The notes beneath the pieces are model-generated. The model had not been told where the DNA came from. It was given only the letters and a program-made list of their open reading frames with translations, and made no database searches. Below are positions 1 to 9,130 of a stretch of 64,000 bases of DNA, piece by piece; position 1 is the first letter of the stretch; each line of letters starts with the position of its first letter. The DNA is taken from NCBI GenBank assembly GCA_002869015.1, contig PKTT01000002.1, forward strand, positions 32,299 through 96,298, given 5' to 3'. The DNA is from Deltaproteobacteria bacterium (GTDB lineage: Bacteria > Desulfobacterota > Deferrisomatia > Deferrisomatales > BM512). The translations under genes and the position numbers were made by a program.

Positions 1-1
1 A

Positions 2-100
2 ATTCTGATTAACCGCGCCTCGCTCCACCTGGCCCTCGGCGGCGATTTCGGCCATGAGGTTAAGCGCGCAGGTGATGCACCGGAGAATAACAATGAATAA
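2..100 (+). CDS. 3' end of an upstream gene, possibly an outer-membrane efflux factor (TolC/NodT-like); partial
   Basis: Frame 2 is open from the window edge to TAA at 98-100 (ILINRASLHLALGGDFGHEVKRAGDAPENNNE*). The ...ASL.LALGG... ending resembles C-termini of outer membrane efflux proteins. The stop overlaps the ATG at 93 of the adaptor gene. Only 33 codons are visible. Confidence 0.3.
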   Translation: MLINRASLHLALGGDFGHEVKRAGDAPENNNE

Positions 101-1280
101 ATTTTTTAAAATTGCTCTTCAGATACTCCTACCGGTTATCGCTATTGGCATTGCGGTATATGGCGCGCAAAAGATAATTTCCTCTAAAAAAGCCCCGCCC
201 AAAGTTGAACGTTCCTTCAAGGGCCCATTGGTGAGGTACAAAACCGTTTCGCCAGAGGATCTACAGGTAACCATCGAGGCTTACGGCACCGTCGCGCCCA
301 CCGAAACCCTTGAGGTTACGATGCAAGTGCCGGGAAGGGTGACAGAACTCTCCAAAAATCTTGTGAGCGGCGGGTTCATCGAGGAGGGCGAGCTGCTCCT
401 AAGGGTGGATGCGCGAGATTACGAGCTCGCCGTGGAGAAAGCCCGCGCGGAGGTTGCAAAGACAACATATGAACTCTCCAAAGCTGAGGAAGAACGGGCG
501 TTAGCCATAAAAGAGTGGGAGCTAATGGCCTCCAGATCGAAGCTGAAGATGGAGCGGCCGGCTGATGATTCCCTTGTATTCCACGGCCCTCAGTTAAATC
601 TTGCAAAAGCCAACCTTGCTTCGGCGGAGGCCAAGCTAGCAGAGGCGGAGTTGAATCTCTCACGCACATGGGTGGTGGCGCCATTCAACGCAAGGGTGCT
701 ATCTGAATCGCTCTCCCTAGGGCAGTATGTAACAGTTGGCAAGACACTTGCGACACTCTACTCAACTGCGGCGGCGGAGGTTGTCTTGCCGGTGCTCGAT
801 TCTGAGATGAAGTGGCTTGGACGCTTCGGGTTAACCCACGAAGCCGGTGACGGGCCTCCAGTCCGCCTAACCTCCATATCCAACGACACCCTAAGCTGGG
901 GAGGGCGCATAGTCCGAACCGAAGGAATGATCGATGAAAAGGACAGGACCGTTAACCTCGTCGTTGAGGTGAAGAACCCCTACGAGCGAGGTAAGGCTCC
1001 CCTTGTAGCAGGGACTTTCGTAAAGGGCGAGATAAGTGGCATGAAGCTTAAGGATATTTATGAAGTACCACGAAGCGTTCTACACGAAAACAACTACCTA
1101 TGGGTAATCGAAGACACCAACCTCACCTTCAGAAAGGTTGATATCGTAAGGCTGACACCCGAAAGCGCCTGGATTTCAGGCGGCCTCAAAGATGGGTACA
1201 AAGTTATTACGACGCGCCTTGCCGCCGCAACAGACGGCATGGTGGTTCGCGCGGAAGCTGAAGAGGGGGTCGAAAAATAA
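93..1280 (+). CDS. Efflux RND transporter periplasmic adaptor subunit (membrane fusion protein, HlyD family)
   Basis: ORF 54-1280. The ATG at 93 gives an N-terminal anchor MNKFFKIALQILLPVIAIGIAVYG. Coiled-coil hairpin segments are present (ARDYELAVEKARAEVAKTTYELSKAEEE; NLAKANLASAEAKLAEAELNLSRT). TAATG overlap with the RND permease start at 1280. Confidence 0.85.
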   Translation: MNKFFKIALQILLPVIAIGIAVYGAQKIISSKKAPPKVERSFKGPLVRYKTVSPEDLQVTIEAYGTVAPTETLEVTMQVPGRVTELSKNLVSGGFIEEGELLLRVDARDYELAVEKARAEVAKTTYELSKAEEERALAIKEWELMASRSKLKMERPADDSLVFHGPQLNLAKANLASAEAKLAEAELNLSRTWVVAPFNARVLSESLSLGQYVTVGKTLATLYSTAAAEVVLPVLDSEMKWLGRFGLTHEAGDGPPVRLTSISNDTLSWGGRIVRTEGMIDEKDRTVNLVVEVKNPYERGKAPLVAGTFVKGEISGMKLKDIYEVPRSVLHENNYLWVIEDTNLTFRKVDIVRLTPESAWISGGLKDGYKVITTRLAAATDGMVVRAEAEEGVEK

Positions 1281-4200
1281 TGAAAGGCAACCTGTCAAAC
1301 GGCATCATCGCCTGGTTCGCCAAAAACCACGTAGCCGCCAACCTACTCATGTTGATGTTTTTGGTAATGGGGGCGATAAGCCTCATGAACATCAAACAGG
1401 AGGTATTTCCTGAGGTTGACCTCGACATGGTCACCATCACAGTGCCATACCCGGGGGCAACTCCAGACGAGGTGGAGGAAGCAATATGTACCAGAATTGA
1501 GGAGAGCATCGTCTCCGTTGACGGCATAAAGACCATCACCTCACGTGCCTCTGAGGGTGTGGGCACTGTCATCGTGGAGCTTGAGACCGGGACGGATGTT
1601 CAAAGGGCTGCTGACGATATCCAGGCGGAGGTCGACCTCATCGACACCTTCCCGGAAAACGCTGAAGACCCTCGCGTTTCCCAGCCAAACAACAGACGGC
1701 AGGTAATAAACCTCGTCATATACGGGGATGTGCCTGAGCGAACTTTGAAAGTGCTCGCTGAAAAAGCGCGGGACGAGCTTACGGAGACCCCAGGCATAAC
1801 GCAGGCTGACGTATCTGGCGTTAGGAATTATGAGATCGCCATAGAGGTCAGCGAGGAGACCTTAAGGCGTTTTGGAATAACCTTCGATCAGATAGTCGCG
1901 GCGGTTAAAAGATCATCGCTTGACCTCCCCGGCGGCTCTGTCAAAACCGATGGCGGTGAGATACTGATTAGGACGAAGGGGCAGCGTTATGAGGGCGCCG
2001 AATTCGAGGATATAAACCTTATCACCAGGCTTGACGGCACGACGGTAAAGCTGGGCGATGTTGCGTCCGTAATAGATGGCTTTGACGAGGATACAACCCT
2101 CATAACCCGCTACGACGGGAAACCCGCCACGCTGGTCCAAGTTTTCAGAGTCGGAGAGCAAGACGCCATTGACGTCGCTGATAAAGTAAAAAGCTACATA
2201 ACCTCAGCCGGAGCGTATCTTCCGGCGGGGGTGCAGATGGGGCTTTGGAATGATTCGACCGACATATTAAAGTCCAGGCGGGACCTCCTCCTTAGGAATG
2301 GCGCAAGCGGTCTGATACTGGTATTCGGCTCGCTGTTACTCTTCCTGAGCCTCCGCCTTGCATTCTGGGTGACGATGGGTATCCCGATCTCATTTTTGGG
2401 GGGTCTTTGGCTGATGCCCTACTTCGACACCTCCCTAAATATGGTCTCACTCTTTGCCTTCATTGTAGCCCTTGGCATAGTCGTCGACGACGCGATAGTT
2501 GTTGGAGAAAACATCTATGCCCATTGGGAGGAGGGTAAATCACCCTACAGAGCCGCTGTCGATGGCGCCATAGAGATGGCGGTGCCGGTGGTCTTTGCAG
2601 TGTTGACAACCGTGGTGGCTTTCATGCCACTCCTATATGTAGAGGGAACTATGGGTAAGTTCATGAAAAACATACCCATAGTTGTCATAGCGGTATTTGT
2701 GATCTCTCTAATCGAGTCACTCCTGATTCTGCCCGCCCATCTGGCAGCCGGCAGGATGAAGCACCATAAGCACAATGGTGAAAAGCGCGTCAACCTCCTA
2801 GAGCGCTTCCGCCGCCTCTTCGGCCGCTCCCTTGACTGGTTCATACGAGTCCCCTATGGGAGCACCCTCAGATTGGCGGTTAATTGGAGGTATTTTACCG
2901 TGGCGGTGTTCTTCGGCTTTATGGTCGTAACCCTATCCATCGTCGGGTCAGGTAAAGTGCGCTTCACCTTCTTCCCAAAGGTTGAGTCGGATGTCGTCAC
3001 CGCCACCCTCCAAATGCCCCTTGGCACATCCATCGAAGAGACGGGACGATACTCCAAAATACTGGAAGAGAGCGCCCAAAAGCTGCGTGGGGAGATGGTG
3101 GAGAATGGCAAATCCGTCATATCTCACATCTTCAGCCTCTCCGGCGGGCAGACCGCCAGCAGAGGTCCTTTCGGCGGTTCCTCAAGCGGGGACCACCTCG
3201 CCCAAACTATAATTCAATTGACGCCATCGGAAGAGCGCAACATCACGAGCGAGAACATTTCAAAGAGGTGGCGCGAGCTCGTAGGCGATATACCGGATGC
3301 CGAAAGTCTTACCTTTGCGGGCAGCCTCTTCTCCTCAGGCAACCCAATAGATATCCAGCTTAGAGGCAATGATATGGACACCCTCCTCGAGGGTGCCGAG
3401 AAGCTGAAGGTGGAACTGGCGAAATACCCCGGCGTCTTCGACATAGAGGACTCTTTTAGAGAGGGCAAGATGGAGCTCAAGATGAAGCTAAAAGAGTCCG
3501 CCGCCAACCTTGGCCTCACCCTCGCCGACCTTGCCCACCAGGTCAGGCAGGGATATTACGGTGAGGACGCGCTGACGATACAACGAGGCAAAGATGATAT
3601 CGACGTAGTAGTGCGCTACCCCAAGGAGGAGAGGCGATCGCTTGGCGATGTTGAAAAGATGCGTATCCGCACAGCCTCCGGCGCGGAGGTGCCCTTCTCA
3701 ACCGTGGCCGAGGTGACCCTTGGGCGCGGCTACGCAAATATAAACAGGCAGGAACGGAAGAGGGTTATAAGCGTTACCGCTGATATCGACGAAAAGAACG
3801 CCAACGCAGCTGAGGTGGTGGGCGACCTAAAAGCGGGCTTTCTGCCTCGCCTGGCAGATGATTACCCAGGTCTCTCATACGCCTTTGAGGGGCATGACAA
3901 GAGGCGCGCTGAATCAATGAATAGCTTAAAGAGAGGCTTCATAATAGCACTCTTCGGCATATATCTGCTACTCGCCATACCCTTCAAAACATACACACAG
4001 CCCTTAATAGTTATGACCGCTATCCCCTTTGGCATAGTCGGTGCTGTCTGGGGGCACATTTTCATGGGGATGGATTTAACAATCCTCTCGATGTTTGGAA
4101 TAGTCGCCCTCTCGGGTGTGGTTGTAAATGACTCCCTTATCCTCATAGATTACATAAACAGGGCAAGGGAGAAGGGGACAGCTCTACACACGGCGGTTAT

Positions 4201-4450
4201 GGAGTCGGGAATAAAGCGCTTCAGGCCGATACTATTGACTACCCTTACCACATTCTTCGGGCTATTACCCATGCTGCTTGAGAAATCAGTGCAGGCTAAG
4301 TTCCTAATCCCGATGGCCGTGAGCCTTGGCTTTGGCATAGTGACGGCAACAACCATAACGCTGATTCTTATTCCCTGCCTATACACGATCCTAGAGGACT
4401 TCATGAACCTCTACGGCATCAAAGGCCGCAGGTGGGAAGAGGTTGAGTAG
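1280..4450 (+). CDS. Efflux RND transporter permease subunit (AcrB/AcrD/AcrF family)
   Basis: 1056 aa with a 12-TM pattern and two large periplasmic loops. Typical N-terminus (IAWFAKNHVAANLLMLMFLVMGAISL) and conserved TM4 region (ALGIVVDDAIVVGENI). Translationally coupled to the adaptor. Confidence 0.92.
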   Translation: MKGNLSNGIIAWFAKNHVAANLLMLMFLVMGAISLMNIKQEVFPEVDLDMVTITVPYPGATPDEVEEAICTRIEESIVSVDGIKTITSRASEGVGTVIVELETGTDVQRAADDIQAEVDLIDTFPENAEDPRVSQPNNRRQVINLVIYGDVPERTLKVLAEKARDELTETPGITQADVSGVRNYEIAIEVSEETLRRFGITFDQIVAAVKRSSLDLPGGSVKTDGGEILIRTKGQRYEGAEFEDINLITRLDGTTVKLGDVASVIDGFDEDTTLITRYDGKPATLVQVFRVGEQDAIDVADKVKSYITSAGAYLPAGVQMGLWNDSTDILKSRRDLLLRNGASGLILVFGSLLLFLSLRLAFWVTMGIPISFLGGLWLMPYFDTSLNMVSLFAFIVALGIVVDDAIVVGENIYAHWEEGKSPYRAAVDGAIEMAVPVVFAVLTTVVAFMPLLYVEGTMGKFMKNIPIVVIAVFVISLIESLLILPAHLAAGRMKHHKHNGEKRVNLLERFRRLFGRSLDWFIRVPYGSTLRLAVNWRYFTVAVFFGFMVVTLSIVGSGKVRFTFFPKVESDVVTATLQMPLGTSIEETGRYSKILEESAQKLRGEMVENGKSVISHIFSLSGGQTASRGPFGGSSSGDHLAQTIIQLTPSEERNITSENISKRWRELVGDIPDAESLTFAGSLFSSGNPIDIQLRGNDMDTLLEGAEKLKVELAKYPGVFDIEDSFREGKMELKMKLKESAANLGLTLADLAHQVRQGYYGEDALTIQRGKDDIDVVVRYPKEERRSLGDVEKMRIRTASGAEVPFSTVAEVTLGRGYANINRQERKRVISVTADIDEKNANAAEVVGDLKAGFLPRLADDYPGLSYAFEGHDKRRAESMNSLKRGFIIALFGIYLLLAIPFKTYTQPLIVMTAIPFGIVGAVWGHIFMGMDLTILSMFGIVALSGVVVNDSLILIDYINRAREKGTALHTAVMESGIKRFRPILLTTLTTFFGLLPMLLEKSVQAKFLIPMAVSLGFGIVTATTITLILIPCLYTILEDFMNLYGIKGRRWEEVE

Positions 4451-4479
4451 TGTTTAGTAAGCCGGGTCAAATTTAAGAG

Positions 4480-4508
4480 GAGGCCGCCCTGATGGGCGGC
4501 CTCTTTTT
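4480..4508 (+). terminator. Rho-independent terminator after the RND operon
   Basis: Perfect stem gAGGCCGCCC / GGGCGGCCTc with a 4-nt loop (tgat), followed by TTTTT at 4504-4508. Lies 30 nt after the stop at 4450. Confidence 0.8.
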
Positions 4509-4539
4509 ATTTACAAGTTGATAAAATTTAGTGAAACCG

Positions 4540-4555
4540 CGGCAGGGTATTTGCA
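4540..4555 (+). promoter_or_regulatory. Candidate sigma-54 (-24/-12) promoter of the 4624-13509 operon
   Basis: cGGCAgGgtatTTGCa matches TGGCACG-N4-TTGCW at 10 of 12 defined positions, with exact GG-N10-GC spacing (GG 4541-42, GC 4553-54). Lies downstream of the terminator and about 70-80 nt upstream of the TTG 4624 / ATG 4633 start. Confidence 0.5.
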
Positions 4556-4557
4556 AT

Positions 4558-4571
4558 AATCATATATGATT
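4558..4571. promoter_or_regulatory. Perfect 14-bp palindrome next to the -12 element (possible operator)
   Basis: AATCATATATGATT is its own reverse complement. It begins 3 nt after the TTGCA -12 element and would cover the predicted transcription start. Confidence 0.35.
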
Positions 4572-4623
4572 CAAGTCACACGCCTTTTCCTTTTTAACTT
4601 AAATCAGAGCGGCGGATACTAGA

Positions 4624-7032
4624 TTGACCCCAATGAACCACGGAAGAGAGATTAAGGCACTCGCGATTTTAAGCTGCGGCGTGCTCCTCTATGAGCTTTT
4701 ACTGATGCGGATATTCTCCGTGCTCATGTGGTACCACTTTGCAAGTCTTGCAATTGGCCTCGCCATGCTCGGGCTAGGCGCGGGTGGCCTTGCAGTTGGG
4801 CTTAAAAGCTCTCTTGGAGAGGAAAAAAAACGCGGGTTGATGGCAGCAATCTTTGCTGCTGGTTCACTACTTGTGCTCATATTTCTTATGGGGGTACACG
4901 CTTATCCGGCACTTGCAAAGGCGACCCTCGCTCCATTTCACCAACCCTTTTACAAACCCTTTGCCAGGCCGGAGACAACCGAACTGGGATGGCCCCTCGC
5001 CTCTCGCCTGCTCCTTCTCGCCATTGGAACTGGGTGGCCATTCTTCTTTGCAGGCGTCGCCACGGCAGGTGCCTTACGTGAAAAGGCCCCGGCGATACAC
5101 GGAGCGTACGGCGCGACATTCCTCGGCTCGGCTTTTGGCTGTATAGCCTTCCCGCTGGTCTTGAATTTCATCTCCGCACCGGCGGCGATAGGCCTTTGCG
5201 CCGCCCTCTCTTCATTGGCGGCGTTCCTCTTTAGCCGCCGCTTAATTTGGCGAAAAATATCAGCAGCCCTTCTCCTCCTCTCTATGATTTTTGGCTGTAT
5301 AGCTCAATTTACGGGACTTGCAGAGATACCCTTCGCCAGAGGGCGCTATGAGCCGGGCATCCTTGCCGTTGAGTGGAATGCAATGAGCCGCGTCGCGGCT
5401 TTTCCGCTCCCACCGGGCGACACACTAAAACCATACGGCCTCTCCAACACCTACAGGGGGGAGTTGCCCAGGCAGATTGGGCTCGTTGTGGATGACTCCG
5501 GCTATACCAACCTTTACGATGGGCTGGCAGCAGCGGAGAATCCGGAATACTTCCGCGCCAACCTTGTCGCCCTCCCCTATCACCTAAGAGAGAACGCAAA
5601 AGCCCTCCTCTTCGGACCCGGCGGCGGCAAAGATATCTGGATAGCACTCTCCTTCCCCAACACCAGGGTGCGCGCTGTGGAGATAAATCCGCAGGTCGTT
5701 GAGATGGTGGAGGATCGATTCGCCCCCTTCACGGGTAAGCCATACAGCGACTCCAGGGTTTCTTTGACAATAAACGACGGACGGCGCTTTGCACTTTTGA
5801 CCGATGAAAAGTATGACGTCATAAGCGCCTCGGCAGTTTTCGGCAGGATGCCTCCGGCGGCGGGGGCCTTCACGCTCTCGGAGGACCTCCTCCACACTCT
5901 TGAAGGCTTTGAGGATTATTGGGAAAAACTCTCGGAGCGTGGCATTATCTCAATTACACGCTTCGCCTATGAGCAACGAGCGCTTAGGTTGACCGCTCTT
6001 TCTCGTGAGCTTTTGGACTCAGTGGGCGTCAAAGACCCCGGCGCGCACATCCGAGTTATAAGCGACCGTGGCCTCTCAAACGTCATGATATCCAAGCGTC
6101 CCTTTTCAGAGGAAGATGACGAGAAGCTGTCCACGTTGGTGGATGATTACAACTTTTCGTTCCTCTACCCGCCTCCCGACGAGGCTGGCGTCAACTCCCT
6201 CACCCGACTGGTGGATGAAGCCGAGATGGATGGGGTGCTCTCTTCTCTTGCCTTTGATGTTTCGCCCCCGACTGACGATAGGCCCTTCTTCTACTACACT
6301 GTAAGGCCGGGCGATTTCCTAAGAGGGCACCTCCCTGGAAAAGCGGGGTTCGATGACAGGGGCGCGGAAATTCTCCGCACGGCATTTCTGCTCCTTGCGC
6401 TGCTCTCAGTTGCAGCGTTGATCCTACCGGCGGCCCTGATAAAGGGGGTACCGCGAGGAGCCGCCAGTTTAGGGCCGCTTGCATACTTTGGGATAATAGC
6501 GCTTGGATATATGGCGCTTGAGATTGGAACGATGAAGCGCCTTCTCCTGCTGCTTGGGCACCCGGTATACGCTGTAAGCGCAACCTTGTTTGCCTTTCTT
6601 CTCGGCTCCGGCCTTGGCGCGCTCCTCTCGGCCAGGCTCGCCCCAACAAGGAGAGCATTGGCGGGATGGTTGGCTATAGCGGTGCTTTTAGGCGCGGCGC
6701 AGGCTTACCTTACCCCCGCTATTACCGAGAGGGCGATGCTCTACAGCGCGCAAATGCGTTTCTTTGTCGCGGCGCTAGTGACCCTACCGCTTGCTTTCAC
6801 ACTGGGTATCCCTTTCCCAACCGGGGTGGCTTTATTAAGAGAGGATGCAGGGAACCTCCTGCCCTGGGCGTGGGCGGTCAACGGCACAGCCTCGGTATTG
6901 GCTTCGCTGGGAGCTGTCCTTCTGGCAATGAACTTTGGGTACGCAGTGACTATAAGCACCGGCGCGCTTCTCTACCTGCTGGCCCTTCTCCTGTCATTCA
7001 CTCTGGAAAAGAGCCGTAGGATAGTTCCATGA
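4624..7032 (+). CDS. Polytopic membrane protein with a central spermidine synthase-like (class I SAM-dependent transferase fold) domain
   Basis: 802 aa. About 7 hydrophobic helices at the N-terminus and about 6 at the C-terminus flank a soluble region with LLFGPGGGKDIWIALSF...VRAVEINPQVVE...INDGRRFALLTDEKYDVISAS, the spermidine-synthase/aminopropyltransferase-type nucleotide-binding pattern. TTG at 4624 or ATG at 4633. ATGA overlap with the next gene. Confidence 0.7.
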   Translation: MTPMNHGREIKALAILSCGVLLYELLLMRIFSVLMWYHFASLAIGLAMLGLGAGGLAVGLKSSLGEEKKRGLMAAIFAAGSLLVLIFLMGVHAYPALAKATLAPFHQPFYKPFARPETTELGWPLASRLLLLAIGTGWPFFFAGVATAGALREKAPAIHGAYGATFLGSAFGCIAFPLVLNFISAPAAIGLCAALSSLAAFLFSRRLIWRKISAALLLLSMIFGCIAQFTGLAEIPFARGRYEPGILAVEWNAMSRVAAFPLPPGDTLKPYGLSNTYRGELPRQIGLVVDDSGYTNLYDGLAAAENPEYFRANLVALPYHLRENAKALLFGPGGGKDIWIALSFPNTRVRAVEINPQVVEMVEDRFAPFTGKPYSDSRVSLTINDGRRFALLTDEKYDVISASAVFGRMPPAAGAFTLSEDLLHTLEGFEDYWEKLSERGIISITRFAYEQRALRLTALSRELLDSVGVKDPGAHIRVISDRGLSNVMISKRPFSEEDDEKLSTLVDDYNFSFLYPPPDEAGVNSLTRLVDEAEMDGVLSSLAFDVSPPTDDRPFFYYTVRPGDFLRGHLPGKAGFDDRGAEILRTAFLLLALLSVAALILPAALIKGVPRGAASLGPLAYFGIIALGYMALEIGTMKRLLLLLGHPVYAVSATLFAFLLGSGLGALLSARLAPTRRALAGWLAIAVLLGAAQAYLTPAITERAMLYSAQMRFFVAALVTLPLAFTLGIPFPTGVALLREDAGNLLPWAWAVNGTASVLASLGAVLLAMNFGYAVTISTGALLYLLALLLSFTLEKSRRIVP

Positions 7033-8114
7033 AAAACTTTTCAGCTACAAATAAACTTTTTATTGCGTTGGTCTTGCTGCTCACATCGGCTGCGTTACCA
7101 AGCTGCACCCGGCAGGACAATCCAGACAAACCATCCACCGTAGAGGGCCGAGTACTTTGGCGGGGGGCAGGCGTACCGATGGCGCTTGTCCAGCTCTACG
7201 AAAAAGCTGAACAGGATCGCTCAACCCCGCCCGTCGCAGAAGGCCCAAGCGGAGAAGATGGTTCTTTTTCCATTACCGCACCTGCCGGGCTTTATTACGT
7301 CTGGGCCAAGGCTACTATGTTGTCGGAGGGGCGCGAGTACAGGCTGGTGGGTGAGGCTGTTCCAAACCCTGTGGCCCCCGCCGCAGGAGGCAGCGCCACT
7401 GTGGAGATTGAGCTAACCGACCCAAGCGGTTTCTCCGCGTCCACGGCCCCAGAGGGTAGCGGGGTTATGGGCAATGTGACGGCAACGGGCAAAGGTAAAG
7501 AGCGACTGACCCTCTACATTTACAGAGGCGCGCACGAAAGGCCTATTGGTCCCGACTTTATAACCGCAACAGACCCTGAAGAGGGAGCCTTTAAGGTTAA
7601 CCTTTTGCCGGGTGAATACACTTTGGCGATTCGCTCAAGAAAATCAGGTAATGATTTCGGTCCGCCCGCCCCCGAAGATAGAGTTTTCTCACGTATCTTC
7701 ACAGTGAAAAGCGGCGAGTATATGGACCTTGGCCCCATAAGTTTAAATGAGATCGATAGTGACCTCTGGCGCTCCGTCACCGCATCTCTTGGAGATGGAA
7801 GCACAAAAGTCAAAGGCGTAATAGTAAACGACCGTGAGCAACCTGAAGCGGGAGTGCGGGTTCTGGCATTTGAAGATGGACGAATGGCGGGCAAGCCCGT
7901 CGCGGTAAGCCCGGCCACCGGTATCGACGGGAGCTTCACTCTGCTCCTGCCGCGCGGAGGCTCATTCTTTCTCGGCGCACGTTCTAGAATAGGCGGCCCG
8001 GCAGCGCCCGGAGAGAGGGTCGGGCAGGAGCGCGGAGAGGATGGCGGCGGCCTCAAAGTCAAGGAGGGCGAGACGGTCAAAGGTGTAAAGATTGTGGTTG
8101 AGGAGGTCTGGTGA
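7029..8114 (+). CDS. Lipoprotein with three carboxypeptidase-regulatory-like (CarboxypepD_reg / transthyretin-like beta-sandwich) domains; paralogue 1
   Basis: Signal peptide plus a Cys (LLLTSAALPSC). Three units of about 100 aa begin EGRVLWRGAGVP..., VMGNVTATGKG... and VKGVIVNDREQP.... The G-x-V-...-G-x-P-V-...-DG-x-F-...-PG-x-Y pattern is typical of CarboxypepD_reg. Coupled to both flanking genes. Confidence 0.65.
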   Translation: MKNFSATNKLFIALVLLLTSAALPSCTRQDNPDKPSTVEGRVLWRGAGVPMALVQLYEKAEQDRSTPPVAEGPSGEDGSFSITAPAGLYYVWAKATMLSEGREYRLVGEAVPNPVAPAAGGSATVEIELTDPSGFSASTAPEGSGVMGNVTATGKGKERLTLYIYRGAHERPIGPDFITATDPEEGAFKVNLLPGEYTLAIRSRKSGNDFGPPAPEDRVFSRIFTVKSGEYMDLGPISLNEIDSDLWRSVTASLGDGSTKVKGVIVNDREQPEAGVRVLAFEDGRMAGKPVAVSPATGIDGSFTLLLPRGGSFFLGARSRIGGPAAPGERVGQERGEDGGGLKVKEGETVKGVKIVVEEVW

Positions 8115-9130
8115 TGTACCCGCGAATTATAATATCCCTTGCGCTCGCCCTTTCCCTCTCCACTTTAGCCTTAGCTGGTGGAGGTATTAAAGGGCGCGCT
8201 TCCCTCGGCGGAGTGCTTGTGGAAGATATATCCGTACGCGCCTACGAATACACGCCGCTAACCTTTGGCCCACTCACTGGGGGTGCGCCTGTTGCAGAGA
8301 CGGTTACGGAAACGGACGGCAGCTATTCCCTTGAGCTGAAACCGGGGCGTTATGTCGTAGAGGCAATTAAAAAGGGTAATGGAAACAACAGTGTCAAAGT
8401 AGAGGGCGGAGACCTCTACTGTCTTTATTCTGGCTCCCCGGTTACCGTCGCTGCGGAGCGCTGGACCGCCGTTGGACTCTACTTGGTAGAAGCCAAAACC
8501 GAGGAGGAGACCCCCTCACCGAGCGCAAAGCTCTCAGGTGAGCTGACATTCAAAGGCGACCCCGTGGAGAGGGCTTACCTATACGCATACAATTCAGCTG
8601 AGGGGGGGTTTCGCGGCCCCGCCTACATGCTTCAGCCCGTGGGCAAGGGCTCCTTCTCTTTGAGATTACCCCCCGGAGAATATTTTCTCGTAGCTAGAAA
8701 GCGTGCACGGGGAGGAGCTTATGGGCCTATGGATACGGGGGATCTATTCAACTTTTATCCTCTAAATCCGGTTGAGATAAAGGCAGGTGCGGAGCTTAAG
8801 GTTAAGATTCTTCTGGTGGAACGTCTAAGCCAGCTAGAAGTGGAGGAAAACTCCTACAGAGGTCTTAAGGTAAAGGTGCTTAGCAGCGGAGGCAAACCCC
8901 TTAGCGACCACTATGTTCTGGCGTACACATCCTCGGCGCGCTCCGGCCCCCCGGCGGCGACGGGAGGCCCTACCGATGAGCGTGGAGAGGCGTTCATAAA
9001 CGTCCCACCCAACGCCATTTATTTGAGGGCGAGAGGAACATTAGGCGGCCCTCTGGCTGAGGAGGAGCCGTTTGCGGATGCCATACGAGGCGAAAGTGAA
9101 GATATGGTGACCTTCAAGGTGTATAAGTGA
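8111..9130 (+). CDS. Secreted protein with three carboxypeptidase-regulatory-like domains; paralogue 2
   Basis: Signal peptide MMYPRIIISLALALSLSTLALAGG. Same three-domain layout and the same Y-F-L-V-A-R-K-R...GP...GDLF motif as its neighbours. GTG at 8111 or, more likely, ATG at 8114 (AGGAGG at 8101-8106). Confidence 0.65.
   Translation: MMYPRIIISLALALSLSTLALAGGGIKGRASLGGVLVEDISVRAYEYTPLTFGPLTGGAPVAETVTETDGSYSLELKPGRYVVEAIKKGNGNNSVKVEGGDLYCLYSGSPVTVAAERWTAVGLYLVEAKTEEETPSPSAKLSGELTFKGDPVERAYLYAYNSAEGGFRGPAYMLQPVGKGSFSLRLPPGEYFLVARKRARGGAYGPMDTGDLFNFYPLNPVEIKAGAELKVKILLVERLSQLEVEENSYRGLKVKVLSSGGKPLSDHYVLAYTSSARSGPPAATGGPTDERGEAFINVPPNAIYLRARGTLGGPLAEEEPFADAIRGESEDMVTFKVYK

Noticed and set aside
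1-106. Minus-strand mini-ORF starting at ATG 55-53 (MAEIAAEGQVERGAVNQN...) as a possible divergent TetR-type regulator of the efflux pump
   Set aside because: Only 18 codons are visible and no HTH pattern is present. The plus-strand frame instead ends with an ALGG-type C-terminus and overlaps the adaptor start in an operon-like way. Neither option can be proven from this fragment.
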